Positions 1 to 13,815 of a stretch of DNA of 64,000 bases are shown here, in pieces. The notes below the pieces were generated by a model. It was given only the letters and a program-made list of their open reading frames with translations. It made no database searches and was not told where the DNA came from. The DNA lies in assembly GCF_008831285.2 (NCBI RefSeq), contig NC_045138.2, positions 24,986,001 through 25,050,000 on the forward strand, written 5' to 3'. Numbering within the stretch: the stretch's first letter is position 1; each line of letters begins with the position of its first letter. The DNA comes from Nymphaea colorata. Its lineage: Eukaryota. The position numbers and the translations under genes are program-made.

Positions 1-2162
1 GTCCAAATGGGTTTCCTATGTTCTTATGTCAGCAACACTAAGATATTGCATGACAGCAGGAATCTAGATATATAAATTGTTCTTATTCCTAGTAAGACTC
101 GATTAGAACGACTAAGTATCGGGCTTGTAACTTTCTGCAACTGCCTTTTCAAGATTGTTAACTCTCTTTAGCTAGTTGGCAAATTTGTGCCTCAATGGGA
201 CCTCTCTGTGACAAGATAAGTTCAATTTTTCGAAGAAGCACATTGTTTCATCCTGGGTTTGATATAGAATGATTGGAGAGTGATGTGTATTGAAACAACT
301 TCAATTTCAAAAAATGAAATTCAAGGGGTTTCAGAAGGTGGATTTGTATCTTCCAATTATGTTTCTCTTGGCATTAAAACAGAGGTATGTACTGTTCTTA
401 GAGCTTGAACGCTAACAGGGATTAGACCAAGGCACTGGCCAAATTTTGTTGTGAATAGCACCGTCCGGGTTGCAACTGCTTGGTTTTCTATCTATCACAA
501 GGACGCTTCAGAAACAAACTTAGTTCTGGTGAGATAACTTGTTTTGACATATTTAACACCATGACTATGTACCTCCCTCTAGAGACAGAAATGTTAAAAT
601 TGTATAGAAGGGCATACCCAACAAGAAAAATTGTGGTTCTATCTCGTGGCTGCATATTGTTCTACTTTGGAGCTCGAGGAACACTTGACACCTATGAAAA
701 AGTGCAGGTTAGGGTGTCTTCTATGTTTATCTGCTATTGTTTCCTATACTGCTTTGAATACATACAGGGGACCTCCCCAGAAGATCTATTAATGGTGATT
801 CATGAGAGCAAAAGATATCCAAAGAAGGACCTAACAAGGGTCAAAATAAGGCAAGCAATTGTGCAACTTGTGACTGTGACCTCCATTCTGTTCTCACCAG
901 AGCTGCAAGAATTCAATTAAGATAGAATATACAACATCTCCGGGACCTCTTTCATCTTCTATTCAAGCATATTGAGAGTGAATGCTTCTTGACAAATCAA
1001 CAAGCAGCATTAAACATCAGTCCCACTCATATATATATATATATATCACAGAAGTCTACCGATTCACCAAAATCAGTCAAAAAACCACAAACTGAACCGA
1101 CTCTATAGAATCCATAAAAATAACGTTCTTATCATAAACAGAATCCAAATTCAATAGAACAGACAGATCTATTTTATCTGGTTTAATTTTGGTCCATTTT
1201 TCCGCTGTGTAGACCAACGAATGCCGGAGAGTTAATACCAGTGATAAGTTCCACGATCAACCTATTTGGAGTTCCTCATCAGTTCTTCTGTCAAGATAAC
1301 TAAAACGATTCTGATTATCAGAAAGCCATTTTCTAGCTTTAACTTCTTAGTTTATCAGAGAAGACACTACTGGACTCTTCCAAAACAACCAGTACAATTA
1401 GAATAATAGATTTTTCCTGCTCAATTACGAAATATACCATGAACTCCAACTCAAACATAATTTGTCAACGGGTGACGTGTTGAGTAAATAAAATAACAGA
1501 AGAGGAAAAGGAAAATGGGTCGAGGAGAGATGAACCAATGGCACCGGATCTTCATGGTTCGGCCCACAAACTTGCATTCTTTGGAAACAAAAAAAAAAAA
1601 AAAAAGGTCATCCAGCTATTTTTCTCATTTTCGTTTAACCATTGATACAAGTTAAGACTCCAAGACTACATGAGGATTTTAATTGAAAATTTTCACTTGC
1701 TTTCTCCTTTCGCCGTAAATGCTATTAAAAAGAAAACGCAGTCAAATGTCTCGTTCAGTCTCGATTCGGTTCATTTTTGAATACCTCATAAAGATGCGGG
1801 GCTACTGCTGCGGGCTTAGATTTGCTGTTAGAAGCGAGAACGATACACCAATTTTCTGAGATAAATACAAGTATACTTCGTAACGTATGACCGAAAGTTA
1901 AGAACAATTTCATCCTTTCAAAGACTCCCGAATGTCAAAATCAAGATCTCTATGAACAGAAAAGACGTCAGACAAACTAATGCAGTCATCTCTAGATATC
2001 CGCAACTTTCATAATCTCATAGACAATTTTACTCAAGACATCTTCACATTTGACACACAGCATTTCTAGCTGCAGATATCAAGGCCAGTTCAGGTCAACT
2101 TACTATACAAACAGTTCTTTCCCAAGTGCAGGATATGAAAATGAAGGCCTCTCGAAACCCAA

Positions 2163-2457
2163 AGGAGGCATTTGGATGAGAGCCCAAAACCAGATTATGG
2201 GGACAAAACTAGGCTTAGCTCCAAAACTCCATTTCAAAAGAGTTTAAATAACATTAAAATTGAGTTTTACTAAAACTTAATTTGGGTAGAACCGGAGTTT
2301 GATAAAGGGCTTGAAAAACCTGCATGGCTGCATCCCTCAAAGTTTTTTAGACACTTGCCACTAAATCAAGTCTTTTCACTCGTCATTTCCAAAATTGGTC
2401 TTCAACCAGGTTCTCACAAAATCAAGTTTTTATTTAGAGTGTCATCCAACTCCCCCC
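2163..2457. mobile_element. Degenerate MITE (PIF/Harbinger/Tourist-like)
   Basis: Imperfect terminal inverted repeats (GGAGGCATTTGGATGAGAG ... AGAGTGTCATCCAACTCCCCC) surround an AT-rich interior with AAAACT/AGTTTT motifs. It resembles the element at ~35578-35775. Confidence 0.4.
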
Positions 2458-3390
2458 AAAATTTTTCAGACTGCGTTGGTATGACAACGAATAACCTACA
2501 CGAGATGTTTGTTTGTCTAGGAAGGCCAGTACACCACGAGGAGTTGCGTCAGCCAAATCAGCGACACAAACACCAGCACCTGGAGAGAAACAAACCACCA
2601 AACCATTTGAAAATCGCTTCGTCTTTTCCTTCTCTTAACCCAATTTCTAACACGAAGGAGCTCAAACAAGCATTTCATACGACTTAGCGTATGGAATTTG
2701 ATCAACCCCATTCTACGATTTTCACATGTTTGCCGGATGATTTTGATCCGACAAAGAGGGGAAGAAAAGAGAACGACAACTTGCCTAAAACCCGCCTTCA
2801 CCCGGAATATTCTTTTCCAAGAAAGCAGCACACCTGAAAACTCATCTGAAACATCTAAATTCTGATCTAATCGACGGCCACACCCGCCGATTAATCCATA
2901 CCCAAACACAAAAGACAGCCCACAAAAGGCTGGCAGGCACATCCTTCATACCACATTCAATCATACGCCCCAGCCTGCGGCAGATGGGAACATCTATCCA
3001 CCTCACCCCACGATCCCAACAAAACCACAAGATTCCCAGAAGGCACATCCCCACATAGTGGGCTGCACATCATCCAGACAACAACAAATAAACAGAGAAA
3101 TTAAAATCAGTCTCAGGCAAGCAACACGCACGGAAGGAGCCACGCAGACGATATTTTGAAAGAAGTGCTAAAGTTGTATTTCTTAGTATAATAGATAAAG
3201 CGTTCCACCGAACAACCCATCACATATATGCCGCTGTCTCCGGGAGGGAGGTGCACAGCATTAGAATGTATGTAGGGCGGGACACCCCTTAGACACCACA
3301 CTACAAAATATTGCTAGAACGTCCGACAAGACACCACACTTTGTCCACGCATTCACGTAATAGTAACAGTAACATCGATAACCTCCCCCC

Positions 3391-4027
3391 TTAAAAACCA
3401 TGGATCTTTATATGTTCCTTTTTTACAATACCAGCCTGCAAAACAAATCCAAAATTCAATCAGAGAAGAGAAAAGATAAAGCAAACAGGTGCAGGGCAGA
3501 GAGCAAGGCTAATCAATCAAAGAAATGAAGCAGCCTCGACAGGATTACCTGAACCAGGAAGGTAGAAACATTCTTTCGCTGATCCCCTTGAAGTTGGATA
3601 ACCTGAACATCGTGATTAAAGTAAATCGGTCAAAACCTCATACATACCATTGGAGCAACATAGTATGGATATCTTAAAACATTTAGAAAAATCCTCCTCC
3701 GTGAACGCACCTGGCCCAATTCTGGATCCTGTACTACGGTACCATTGCAGCAAAATTCCTTCTTGAGATCTTTCAAGATCTTGTTGTAGCTGAACTCTTT
3801 CTTCAGTCCTTGCACAGTCGTCAGACACTTCCTACCATTCCGCTGCTGTATGCGCACATGCACATACTCTTTTGAGCCCGCACCAGCGTCCTCAGCATTT
3901 GCCTCAGCGAATGGATCTGCAAGATAGCACAGTGACATCATCATCATCGCCGTCGCTTTGATTATCATCATAAAAAACACTCATACATACCAAAGGCAGT
4001 AGGAATCTGGACGTCGAGTTCAGACAT
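3391..4027 (-). CDS. SUI1: Translation initiation factor eIF1 (SUI1); 4 coding exons 3991-4027, 3711-3916, 3549-3602, 3391-3435
   Basis: Spliced product MSELDVQIPTAFDPFAEANAEDAGAGSKEYVHVRIQQRNGRKCLTTVQGLKKEFSYNKILKDLKKEFCCNGTVVQDPELGQVIQLQGDQRKNVSTFLVQAGIVKKEHIKIHGF*. All introns are GT-AG, and the SUI1 motifs (QQRNGRK, LKKEFCCNG, IQLQGDQR, IKIHGF) are present. Confidence 0.98.
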
Positions 4028-4104
4028 GAACTTTGTTTGTTGATAATCGAAGAGAACGAACGAAATCGTGTGGTGGTACTCTTTCGCGACTTCAAGCTTC
4101 AAAT

Positions 4105-5753
4105 CTGAAATAAGACGAGATCCATTAGTTATTTAGCCAACACCAAGAACACAGAAAAATTAACCTCCCAAATCATAAGGTAAAATGACGGCAGAGCAAG
4201 ACGGAAAATCGAGCAAACTAGGACACCAGGTTCAAGAAAGCAGGGAATGTAAGCTTCTCAAAACTACCAGCCACCTAAGAAATTGCAAAGAGAGAAACAG
4301 TCGTTGAAGATCCCTCACAATTTTCGATACGGGACTAAACTTCCGAGTGTTACAAATCAGCCCGTCCAAACCACTCGTTTTTTTTTTTTTTTTATGAACA
4401 CAGATCCAAATGTCCAAGGGATAACTGTTTCGAGTAATCCAGAAAAACCTAAGCTTAGATTTTAAAATAGCAAGATTCTCTGCCGAAGAACAAAGGGTCC
4501 GCTGTACAACTCAATATGATCAAGATGTCATGCATTAACCGATCTAAGATCAAGCAAAACCAATAGTATTGCTTAAACAACAGGTGACAATAACAGAAAA
4601 CGAGTTATTACGGCTAACATCGGAACCACAGAGAAGGATCTCGTCTCGTGCAATTAGCATGGGCGCAATACCACAGGAAGCAAACTTCTAAGGTCCCTCA
4701 AGACAATGATAAACTGATCCCGTATATATATAGAGCTGGCGGCAGTTCTTCACCTCAACCGCTTGGGAAGAAAAGAGGTAGTTGCATAACACAACAAGTC
4801 CAGCATAAAAAAACAAAAAGAACTAAAATTAGCCATCCAAGCTCCACAAATAACATAATCTCATATTTTTTTCAAGATAGGTGCAACAGTGGAAACAAGA
4901 ACAGCCACAAGGGAAGGGAAGACCGTTCAAAACGGAGGAAATCAGTCATAACATTAAATATAACGTCCAAAATTACCACCAATAAGAAAGACCACATAAT
5001 GAATTGCCGGACAACCACTATAATAAAGAATCATCAACGAGTTCACAAGAATGAAATGATAATTTTCCATCAAAGAAGATGAATTAGCAACCGAATACAA
5101 GGTCTCCAAGAGTTCCAAGTTCAGACAAAAAGACCCCCTAAACCACCATTTTCGAGCCCCCACAAAAAAAAAAAATCCGACAAAAAAAAAAACACAAACT
5201 GGGGTTTCAAGAGAATAAACCAACAAATAAACCTAAACAACAAGCCCAAAAGAAAACACTAAAGCCCAAACTTACAAGTCCTTTAAAACTCAATCAACGT
5301 TTCGCGATTTTCTGCCCAATAGGAAGAGACCAACCATTCAAAGCCAAAAAACGATAAGATCGCATCCATCTTATCTCCGGATCATAAAAGTACAAGGAAA
5401 ACTAGGGTTTCCCCCAATACTGGAAGACCCATCAACGACGTATGATCCCGATATGTCGGGAAGGATGAAAGGACGGAAAGATCACAAGACCCATTTGTCA
5501 GAAAAATACAGAAACCACCATAATCCTCACAAACACCACGATCACAACAGAAAAGACCACAAAAAAAAAAAGGAGAAAGAGGAAGAAAATGAAGAAGATC
5601 GAAATCATACCAACACCTGACTGCGACGGAACTCGCAGATGCAAACGGAGCTTGAAGAAGGAAAGAAGAGACGATAAGATTTCTGCACTCTCAAGAAAGA
5701 TCGGGCAAAGATGAACGCTTATGTCACGGACTCCCCACCGCCACACTTATATA
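4105..5753 (-). promoter_or_regulatory. eIF1 promoter and 5'UTR: TATA box (TATATAA, 5747-5753), short non-coding first exon, ~1.5-kb 5'UTR intron (donor at 5610 or 5616, acceptor at 4105) containing a telo-box (AAACCCTA, 5403-5410)
   Basis: On the minus strand, TATATAA is followed by a pyrimidine-rich leader, tandem donors CAG|GTGTTG and TTG|GTATGA, and acceptor TTTCAG|ATTTG 78 nt before the ATG. Telo-boxes are typical of plant translation-machinery genes. Confidence 0.7.
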
Positions 5754-8700
5754 TCGACGCAAAAAAATCAGAAAAGTAATAAAAATCAACAAAATTCCCT
5801 AAATTTTCTAACCACATAAAAGTTTGCCCGAGTTAGAAACTCAGAATCCCCAACCCCGCGGTTAACATCTGCAGCTTTATCTTTCTCCTTCACGATTCTC
5901 TCCCTCGCGCACCCGGATATTTCAAGGATGACCTCCCCCACCGACTTTTTCTCTTTTGACCAAAAGCTCCTTCGAACTGGCCTTGGTTCCTTCAACTTGC
6001 GCTCAACTTTGTTAGGTTATTTCTGTCTTTTACTTCATGCATTTTGGCGGGAGATAGCGATTATTAGGGCCGTCAGACTCAGCTTTTGGTGACAACGATC
6101 TGTTGGGGCATTTTTGCTATTTTGAGGGAAAGCGCGGCTTTCTTCGAGAGCGCCTCCGCTTTCTCTTCTTTTCACAAGGCGTGTACGGAGGCGGGGAATC
6201 TAATAAACGGGAGGCATCGTGAGGACTCGTCTCAGCGGAGTTGACGTAATTAGCCGTCTACTTTCGTCTGCCTTTCATATCCGCCACTCCCGTTGACATT
6301 TGGGGCCAAATATTTTTCATGTTAGAGGAAAGAACCATATCCGAATTGTAAGTACTAAGTAGAATTAGAAGTGTAGAACATTTGATTGTCAAAATTAAGT
6401 TGAGAGATCTATATAAGATAGGCATGCCAATGGCTTAGACTTGGATTTAATATTTAAGTAGGAGAGCTTTAATATGTAATCAAACTGTTTCATAGAAAGC
6501 TGAATGCATTAAAAAAAAAAATAGTACTTGATCAAGAAATAAGATTACATACAAATTTAAGAAACAATAGATTCAGATTGAGTCAATAATAGATATTGAA
6601 GAAATAAGAAGTCAGTTATATATTTTTTAAAGTTGGTTCTTAATATGTAACAATGGAATTCAAATTCGATAGTGTATTTAAAAGGCATATTCAAATTAAG
6701 ACATGAAAGTAAAAGTTGGATGCTGATCATTTAAAACTAAATTAGGACACTCTATTAGACTTTTCCTCATTCATAGTCAAATTAAAGTATATGAACATCA
6801 TCTGATAAATTATATATATATATATAAAATAAAGAGTGCATCTAATTCAAATCGGATCCATTTAAAGGGATACAAGCGGGCTAAATATAACAGGGTCCCG
6901 GGTCTTCAAGAATCCTCTATCCAATCCGTTCCACAACAGGCTTGAAAGGAGAATGGCACAAGCGCGATTAAGACTACACGTGGGGGTAATGATGGAACTT
7001 GAGTTTCGTTTACTTTCTTTTTTAACCTTTTCAAAGAAACCACGAAGACTCCCCCAATTCTAGAAAGTCGATTATGGTCATTTTGGTCCTCAACAGAGAA
7101 TTGTTATACTCTTCGGTAATTTTGCATTTATTCCCATAGAAAAGCAGCGGCCGCCTGTCTCCAGATGAGGTGCTGTTGACCACTTGCCTCCGATCCGACG
7201 GTTCTGATCGCATCGCATCAAAGAGAAAGAGGTAAGCACGAACCTTCTGGCAGAGAAATTTACAAAACTGCTCCTGTCTTTTGGAACAAAGGACAACAGC
7301 TCCCCCAATTTAAATGACGAAAAACAAGCAAAATTCGTTAAATTCAATGTTTAGAATAACTTTATTTTGGAGCATCGCACCGTCAACGTCGTCCATGGAA
7401 ATGTAGCGTTTATTGGACGGTGCGATTGATGGTTGGGGTTAGGAGAAGCGAACTTGACTAATTGGACGGCCAAGATTCTCCCAAATTTACTAAGAAAATT
7501 ACATAAAACTTTTTAATATAGTTTGTTTTTAAAAATTTTCGACCTTTTTAAACAAGACATTCTGTTGATGCAAACAGTATGGTGTAAACGAGGATTTTAA
7601 GCATTTTTCTTATATTTTTCTTTGCTAAATCAGTTTGTATAGATGCTAAAAAATAATTGGAACCACTGAAAGAGTGTTGTCTATAAAAGTGGTACGTGAT
7701 CGATACGGTATCGGTACCTTCATACCTAACCATCCTGTAGATGAGATTTAAATACATAAAGTTTGACACAATGCTCTTTTACCAACCATGTTTTTTAGAA
7801 ATGTAAAGATGGGAATTTCTAGTCTGTGGATTCGTTTTTTCTAAATTCTTATCAATTTTGTAACATTATACAAAAATTATTTGACACGTTTCCTAGAATC
7901 TTGGACGTGGAAATCATTTTATAGTTTTCTCTCTTATGTGTGGACTGGAAAGAAGGTATGACAGTCACCCATGTTTTTTCCTGATAAACTTTGGTGGATT
8001 CTTTCTTTAAACTTTAGATAAAGTTGGTTTCTATCTAGAGGAACCATGGAATGAATGAAGCACCGTGGTCCACAGATGCTTGGTTTGTTCGCCTCTTGAC
8101 CGGTGTACCATCTGGTGGATAAACACCTCTAAGAACATTAGTGAACGAACGAGCGAATCAAATGAGCAATTGCAGTTTCAGACCAACGTTGACGAAGAAG
8201 CAAAACAACATAATGGGAAGCATGCCCCTCCTAGATCCATGGCCAAAATAACTCGAGAGATTTCAAAAGAGAAATGGGTCCAAACTCCATGAAATTGAAG
8301 TTCTTGCTGCTACCAACTTCCATGTTATACATGCAACTGAACCTCTGCCTCTTTTTAGTTCTTACTGTTTGTTGGCTTACTGTAAGATGAGAACTGCTGG
8401 GGGCACCAAGATGGAAACCGGAATATAATTCCACCTTCCTCAACATCATGCTTTTCCTCGGTCGCACATTTTGATGACCACAAGTTGTTGAGGAATTTAA
8501 GCCAAATTAATCAACTCACTAACGATCAATCTGGCGTTATCACACTCTAATTAAGAATTACTTAATATTCATGGGCTACTTTAAATTTTCTAACTGGATC
8601 TGCGTGTAGGTTTCTTATGAAAGACCTAATAATCCGGAGCTAGGTCAGGCTTCACCTTCCAATTGAACTCAGGCCTGGGTCTGGACCGCCAATTCCACTG

Positions 8701-9160
8701 AGGTCCGTTTCATTTACACCCCCTGTCCACCAGCACTTTCTGTTCTGATCTTGAGTGCAGTAAGTTCAGGGCTCAATACCTCAAAAGGATAAGCCTATGG
8801 TTGAAGACGACAAGTCTAATTTGTTCAGACACATGATACATTGTAGTGTTTATGGATACGGAATATGAAATTTGCTGTTCTTGGCCACAATATCAGTTTA
8901 CAACAAAACCACTGTAAACAGAAGGGAAGATGTCAAAAGGTATTTCTGTTATCCAGCTTGAAGGCCAGAAATCCAGCAATTGTATACAGCGGCTCACAGG
9001 ATGAACACTCTGAACCTTCAACTGCCAGCCAAAAGAAGCAGCAAGGAAACAAATTTTGAGTAGTTATGCAAGGCATTGAAACTAATCAAATTTAATCTGT
9101 TCTGCAACTGCACTTCAAAAAAACTGGATGAAAGCAGATCTTACCATCCTGAAAATCAAA

Positions 9161-12101
9161 TCAACCAGTGAAAGGACCCACGCGCATCCATTTTGTTGCC
9201 GACCATTTATCTCCCTTAATGACTGGGCAACCACCTGCTTACAGCACAGAGGTGAATGGCATTATCTGCTGGAGATTTCTTCTTCATTAAACATAAGGAC
9301 TAAGCTTAAAACTTAATTTCTCGAAAAGGCGTATGATTTCCTAAGTTCTTAATGGCTAAAGATGAAACAATTCTGTACAATCTCTCGAGTTATTTAGCTA
9401 CGAGACTCAGGGAACATGGTGACAGTTGGGTGAGTTCAGAACAAGTGCTGACCATGCAAACTCAGTGCATCAAGTGAGGCATCTGGGTGCATGCTCCAAA
9501 AGAGCAGAGCATCTCCCATCCGTGGTCGAAGAGCCATCCCGGTTTTTGCACATTTAGACCTGTTATTCCAACGCGCAGAAGCGGTGCTGATGTTCACTGC
9601 GGCTCGAGGAAAGACAGTCTCCCCACCTTCCTTAACATCTGAACTGCAACATATGAACTCAAACATTCATGCATTTGATGGAAAAGTAGACGTGAGGTAT
9701 AATAGATTTCAGAATTGATGTCCATCTGTCAGAGAAAGCAAGTAACATTCTCTGTTCTTTCTGGGCTCATGTTTGTATACGACTGACTGCTTTTTTCATA
9801 ATACAGAATAAAGATGCCCCATATAAAAAATGTTCTGCCCAGTAAATCATAGAATAGTCTTCGATGTTCACATTAAAAGAAGCAACTCTTGCAAAGAGAG
9901 AAAGAGACATACAGATACATAAGCATCGTTGCTAAACGTTGGCCCCCCTGCATGGTGTTGATGCTGTCGTGAAAAAAATCAAAGTGAGGATCGTATTTTT
10001 CCCCAACAATATAACGAAGAACTTGTAGGCCCTCGCCATTTTCTGCAATGAAAGGCCGTAGTATCATCTTCCCGCAAGTCATAATCACCCTTACAGGTAC
10101 GGCATGGTTATATTTTATTCATTTGGCACGGAATAAATCGAAGCAAAACTGGGTGTATTACCAGTAAAGCTCAAGAAAGTCCAGGACTAGATTTTTCCTT
10201 GGATTGCCAGAAAATTTACATATATTTAAACGCGAAGATATATGTGTTTGTCTCAAAACACGTATCCGGGTATTATATTATAGGGCGAAGAAAAAAACCG
10301 ATATAATATGGCAAAGTTATATGTGTCGGGAATAAAACGAAAAAAAACGGCAAATTTTTTTAAAATAAATAAATAATCTTAATAATTATATAAAAAATAA
10401 AGTAAATGAGAAATTAAAAAAAAACATTGAAAAATGACTAGATAAGCAACAAATTAAAACTAGATAATGAAAACTAATAGTTCAGAACTCCCCTTCGCTC
10501 ATCTGGAGCCTTCTGAACCAGACCATATTAGAGCAGGACACAGAAATACTGCCCTACACATTGTGAACAGGATGCCAGAAGAATTCCTCGTGATTCCAAT
10601 TAACAGTATGAAAAATGAGCCTCCAACACTCTAACAACCAATTGGTTAAGCCAACTGGATTGAAATCTGTTCCCACTAAGACGACACCCAAGGATATCCC
10701 CATCCCATGTGCAAGAGGATATCACACAAGAAGAAGCCAGCAACATAATAATCACAACAAAATCTCAAGAAGAAAACACTGAAAATTTATCTTCATGTTG
10801 CAAATGACAGAAAATATGGGAACTTGCTTATTGCTTACACGCTGTGCCATTCTTTATCTTTACTCGTGCCTTAAAAAAAACGTGAAAGACACGTATAAAA
10901 CGCGTTTTATTCCCGTTTTATTCGCTGAAGGAGTTTTTGGCGAATAATAGGTATTTTTTTTAAAAAACGGCTTTTTTTTGTGACAATTAAGCTACATACC
11001 AACAGGTACGAATGAGACATCTGCAATTCTTTTCTCAATTCTGCTGATAATATCATCTTGTCCTCTTTTTAGAAATGCGCCAGAGCTCGTGCGAACTCTG
11101 CATCTCGGAAACAACAATGAAAATGACCACATAAGAGACCATCACACTATTGGCACTTCAAAATCTGATTATTCGGGGAGATGTAAACCAGCGGTAGAAG
11201 GAATGGAAAGAAGAAAAGATGAAGAAACGACCTACTGGGTATGCTTTTACCAGTCCGGCTGTCCACAACAGAAGACCGTCGCAAATTAGGCTTGGCAAGA
11301 TTTATCAAATGTTCACATTCATCTCTTGACTGCATTCAAATAATATTTGCCAATGAGTACCCACTTTCAAGCCTTGAAAATTCTCTTCTTTTTCCTACTC
11401 TGATGTTCAAAAGTGTGGACGACCAACCAAATTTCAGATTTACTATCAGAAATCGACAGATTTGCACAAAATAATGCAGCAAATTTTGGTATGCAATCAA
11501 AAGCAGAGGAGAAGATGCATGTAGGAATTTAAAATACTCTTTCAGCAAACAACTGTTGGTGAGCACGGCAGACAGTAAAATTCCTTGAATAACTTTGAGC
11601 TCCTTTGAAGGAGAAAGCATCTAGTTTACTGAAGTACCAAAAAATTATTGTAAAGAAATGCTCTGGGTTGCCAAGAGAGTATCTCCATCCATTTTTTCTG
11701 CCCATCAACTCCCTCACTCCAACTGCTGAGTTTAGAAATAGAAAGACCAAATCACAGAACGTAAGAAGAACGAATAAGTTGACTAGCTAATCATCGGATG
11801 GTGTGTACAAGCAGAAGAGAAATATCCACTTATAATAGGAAAAGGGATCGATGTACCTTCGGTGATTCTCTGCCATATCGATGTTCTTGTTCATGGACAT
11901 TGTGCCATTTCCTTCATAGATTGAAATTAGTTCATCTTCACCGTTTGAGCCTTCATCCTCATGTTCACTGATGGGCAACGGGATAATGCCCACTGCAACA
12001 AGAAAAAGGAATATCAGAGAAAGCATGAAAAGCATGCAAATGATCAGGGAGCTGGTTGATCTGCCCCCTGCTTTTCGGGAACGCCTTCCAGCCTTCACCA
12101 T
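9161..12101 (-). CDS. P4H: Prolyl 4-hydroxylase (2OG-Fe(II) dioxygenase, type II membrane-anchored); exons 11857-12101, 11638-~11725, 11232-11329, 11000-11097, 9913-10042, 9453-9643, 9161-9234
   Basis: N-terminal basic stretch plus TM helix, then EILSWQPRAFLYNNFL, ECEHLINLAKP, RTSSGAFL, ENGEGLQVLRY, YDPHFD (HxD), GGQRLATMLMYLSDVKEGGETVFP, DALLFWSM and SLHGGCPVIKGDKWSATKW (distal His and 2OG-binding Lys intact). Introns are GT-AG with consistent phases. Confidence 0.96.
10200..10988. mobile_element. Probable degenerate non-autonomous DNA transposon in P4H intron 4
   Basis: The intron is unusually long. Both ends carry repeated AAAACG/CGTTTT/CACGTA subterminal motifs, and the right end (TTGTGACAAT) resembles the TIR of the element at 52662-53153. 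No TSD was resolved. Confidence 0.35.
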
Positions 12102-13815
12102 TCTCTCTCTCTCTCTCTCTTAGACCAGAGCATATGCTGCATATAGACTGGTAGAAACGGACTCTTGTAACCGACTGCTTCAATTACATTAACTTTTTCT
12201 CCTTTTAATCACCATCATTTCAATGGGGGTTATCCGGCATGCATTTACTTTGTTCAATCTTCGAGTTAAATTCTGTCAGGACTCGCCTTCTTAAAATTGC
12301 TTAATTGCATGTTTATTACAATGGTCCGGTTCTGTAACTTAAAGGGACTTTATGTGTAACTGGAGATATCTTGAAAGAACTTCAGTACGCCGGTTTATTT
12401 TTAAGATGATATTGCACAGATTAATTTCTGAGTAACTTTTGTTTATCATTTATTGTTTTTCCTTTAATGACAGTGGGTTTCATCTGTTAAATGAGATAAA
12501 TTCTTTATTATCATCATCTAATTTTTCCCAACATATGCAACATTAACAATTACTATTCAACTATTTTCTCTCTCTCATTTCTTTTTTCCTCTGCACAATG
12601 ATCGGAATTCGTTTCTTAAATCTGAATATCGATCTGATTTCTCAATCGGATGTTAAATCTTTTTCTGTGTACGATTATTTTGGGACAGTTCTTGTGGTTA
12701 AATTGGATTTATTGGCATCCCAATCCAAATCGAATTTATTAACATTCCCAAATGTGTTGGGTTGTCAATGGATCAGACCTCTTCAAAGCCTGGATCTAGC
12801 CGATTTTGATAAGAGAACACAATCGAGTCCTAGTAAAAGAAAATTGCATACCGTATTTCATGGTTCACCAAGTGAAAATTTTCTGTTTCTGAAAATTGTT
12901 TCTTACCTTAATTGAAACGCAGGCAGGATATGATATGAAATTTGGCGAATCATACTAGCTCGATTTGTCAATTAGACTGATAAACTTGAGAATAGAAATT
13001 TCTCTCTCATTGGAACCGTGAGGCTAAGCAGACTTCTGGCCCCCCTGCCAAGGGAAGCATCTGCGCATGAAACTATCAACTTAAAGTCCTTCAAGTCCAA
13101 CCCGTAAACATATAAAGGGAGCTCTTGTGGGAAAATCGCCATCTGAATAACTGACTAAGATGCTCAACCAAATACTGAACTCATAGTTGAAATCCAAAGA
13201 CGTCATTTCCCTACGTAAATAGCCCATAAAAATAAAACAAAACATATAGACGCCATTTTGCCCCGACACCATGTAAATGTTCGCTATAGATTTAAAGCGG
13301 GCAGAAAATCCAAAAGACTGCTGTTTAATTTCATAAACTCAACAGGCCAAAGGAGTAGGGGTCGACTTGTGGAAACAAGAGCAGAAAGCTGCCTCGAATT
13401 GACTTGCCATGTGATATTGCAAGCTCTTCCCCTTCAAAATGAACACGAGGCAAGGATGTTTCTGCAAGAGCTACGTCCATATTGCGTACCAACAAATTTG
13501 TTCGGGAAGAAACCATAACTTATTTCACAAAATTTGCAATATGCAGCATTATTCACATCCGCCGTAAAAGATCGCAGGGTTTCAAGAACTGAAAAACAAA
13601 AGCTAATTTACAGTGCGTAGGCAATGTGCGCACTTGCATACTTCAATCCCTCTTCTTGTAAAGGACTGGGCCCGAAATTCTTATTCAGTTTGCTCCTTAA
13701 GAGAAGGAACCTCATTTGCCAACACCGCCCAGCCAAAATTCAAGTTCAAATGCAAGAAATAGCTTTCTCGCATGTAAAAATTCAGAAGCCGACAGATCAA
13801 TATAAGTTGGCCCTC

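Noticed and set aside
8231..8467. 78-aa minus-strand ORF downstream of P4H
   Set aside because: No recognisable domain, splice context or codon bias.
12598..12915. GGATC/GATCC/CCGA-rich patches (also ~24590-24790, 34000-34500, 39600-39860, 42430-42690, 43000-43240)
   Set aside because: Probably remnants of old MITE/hAT families, but I could not define TIRs or TSDs, so they are not called as features. The ORFs over them are not credible.
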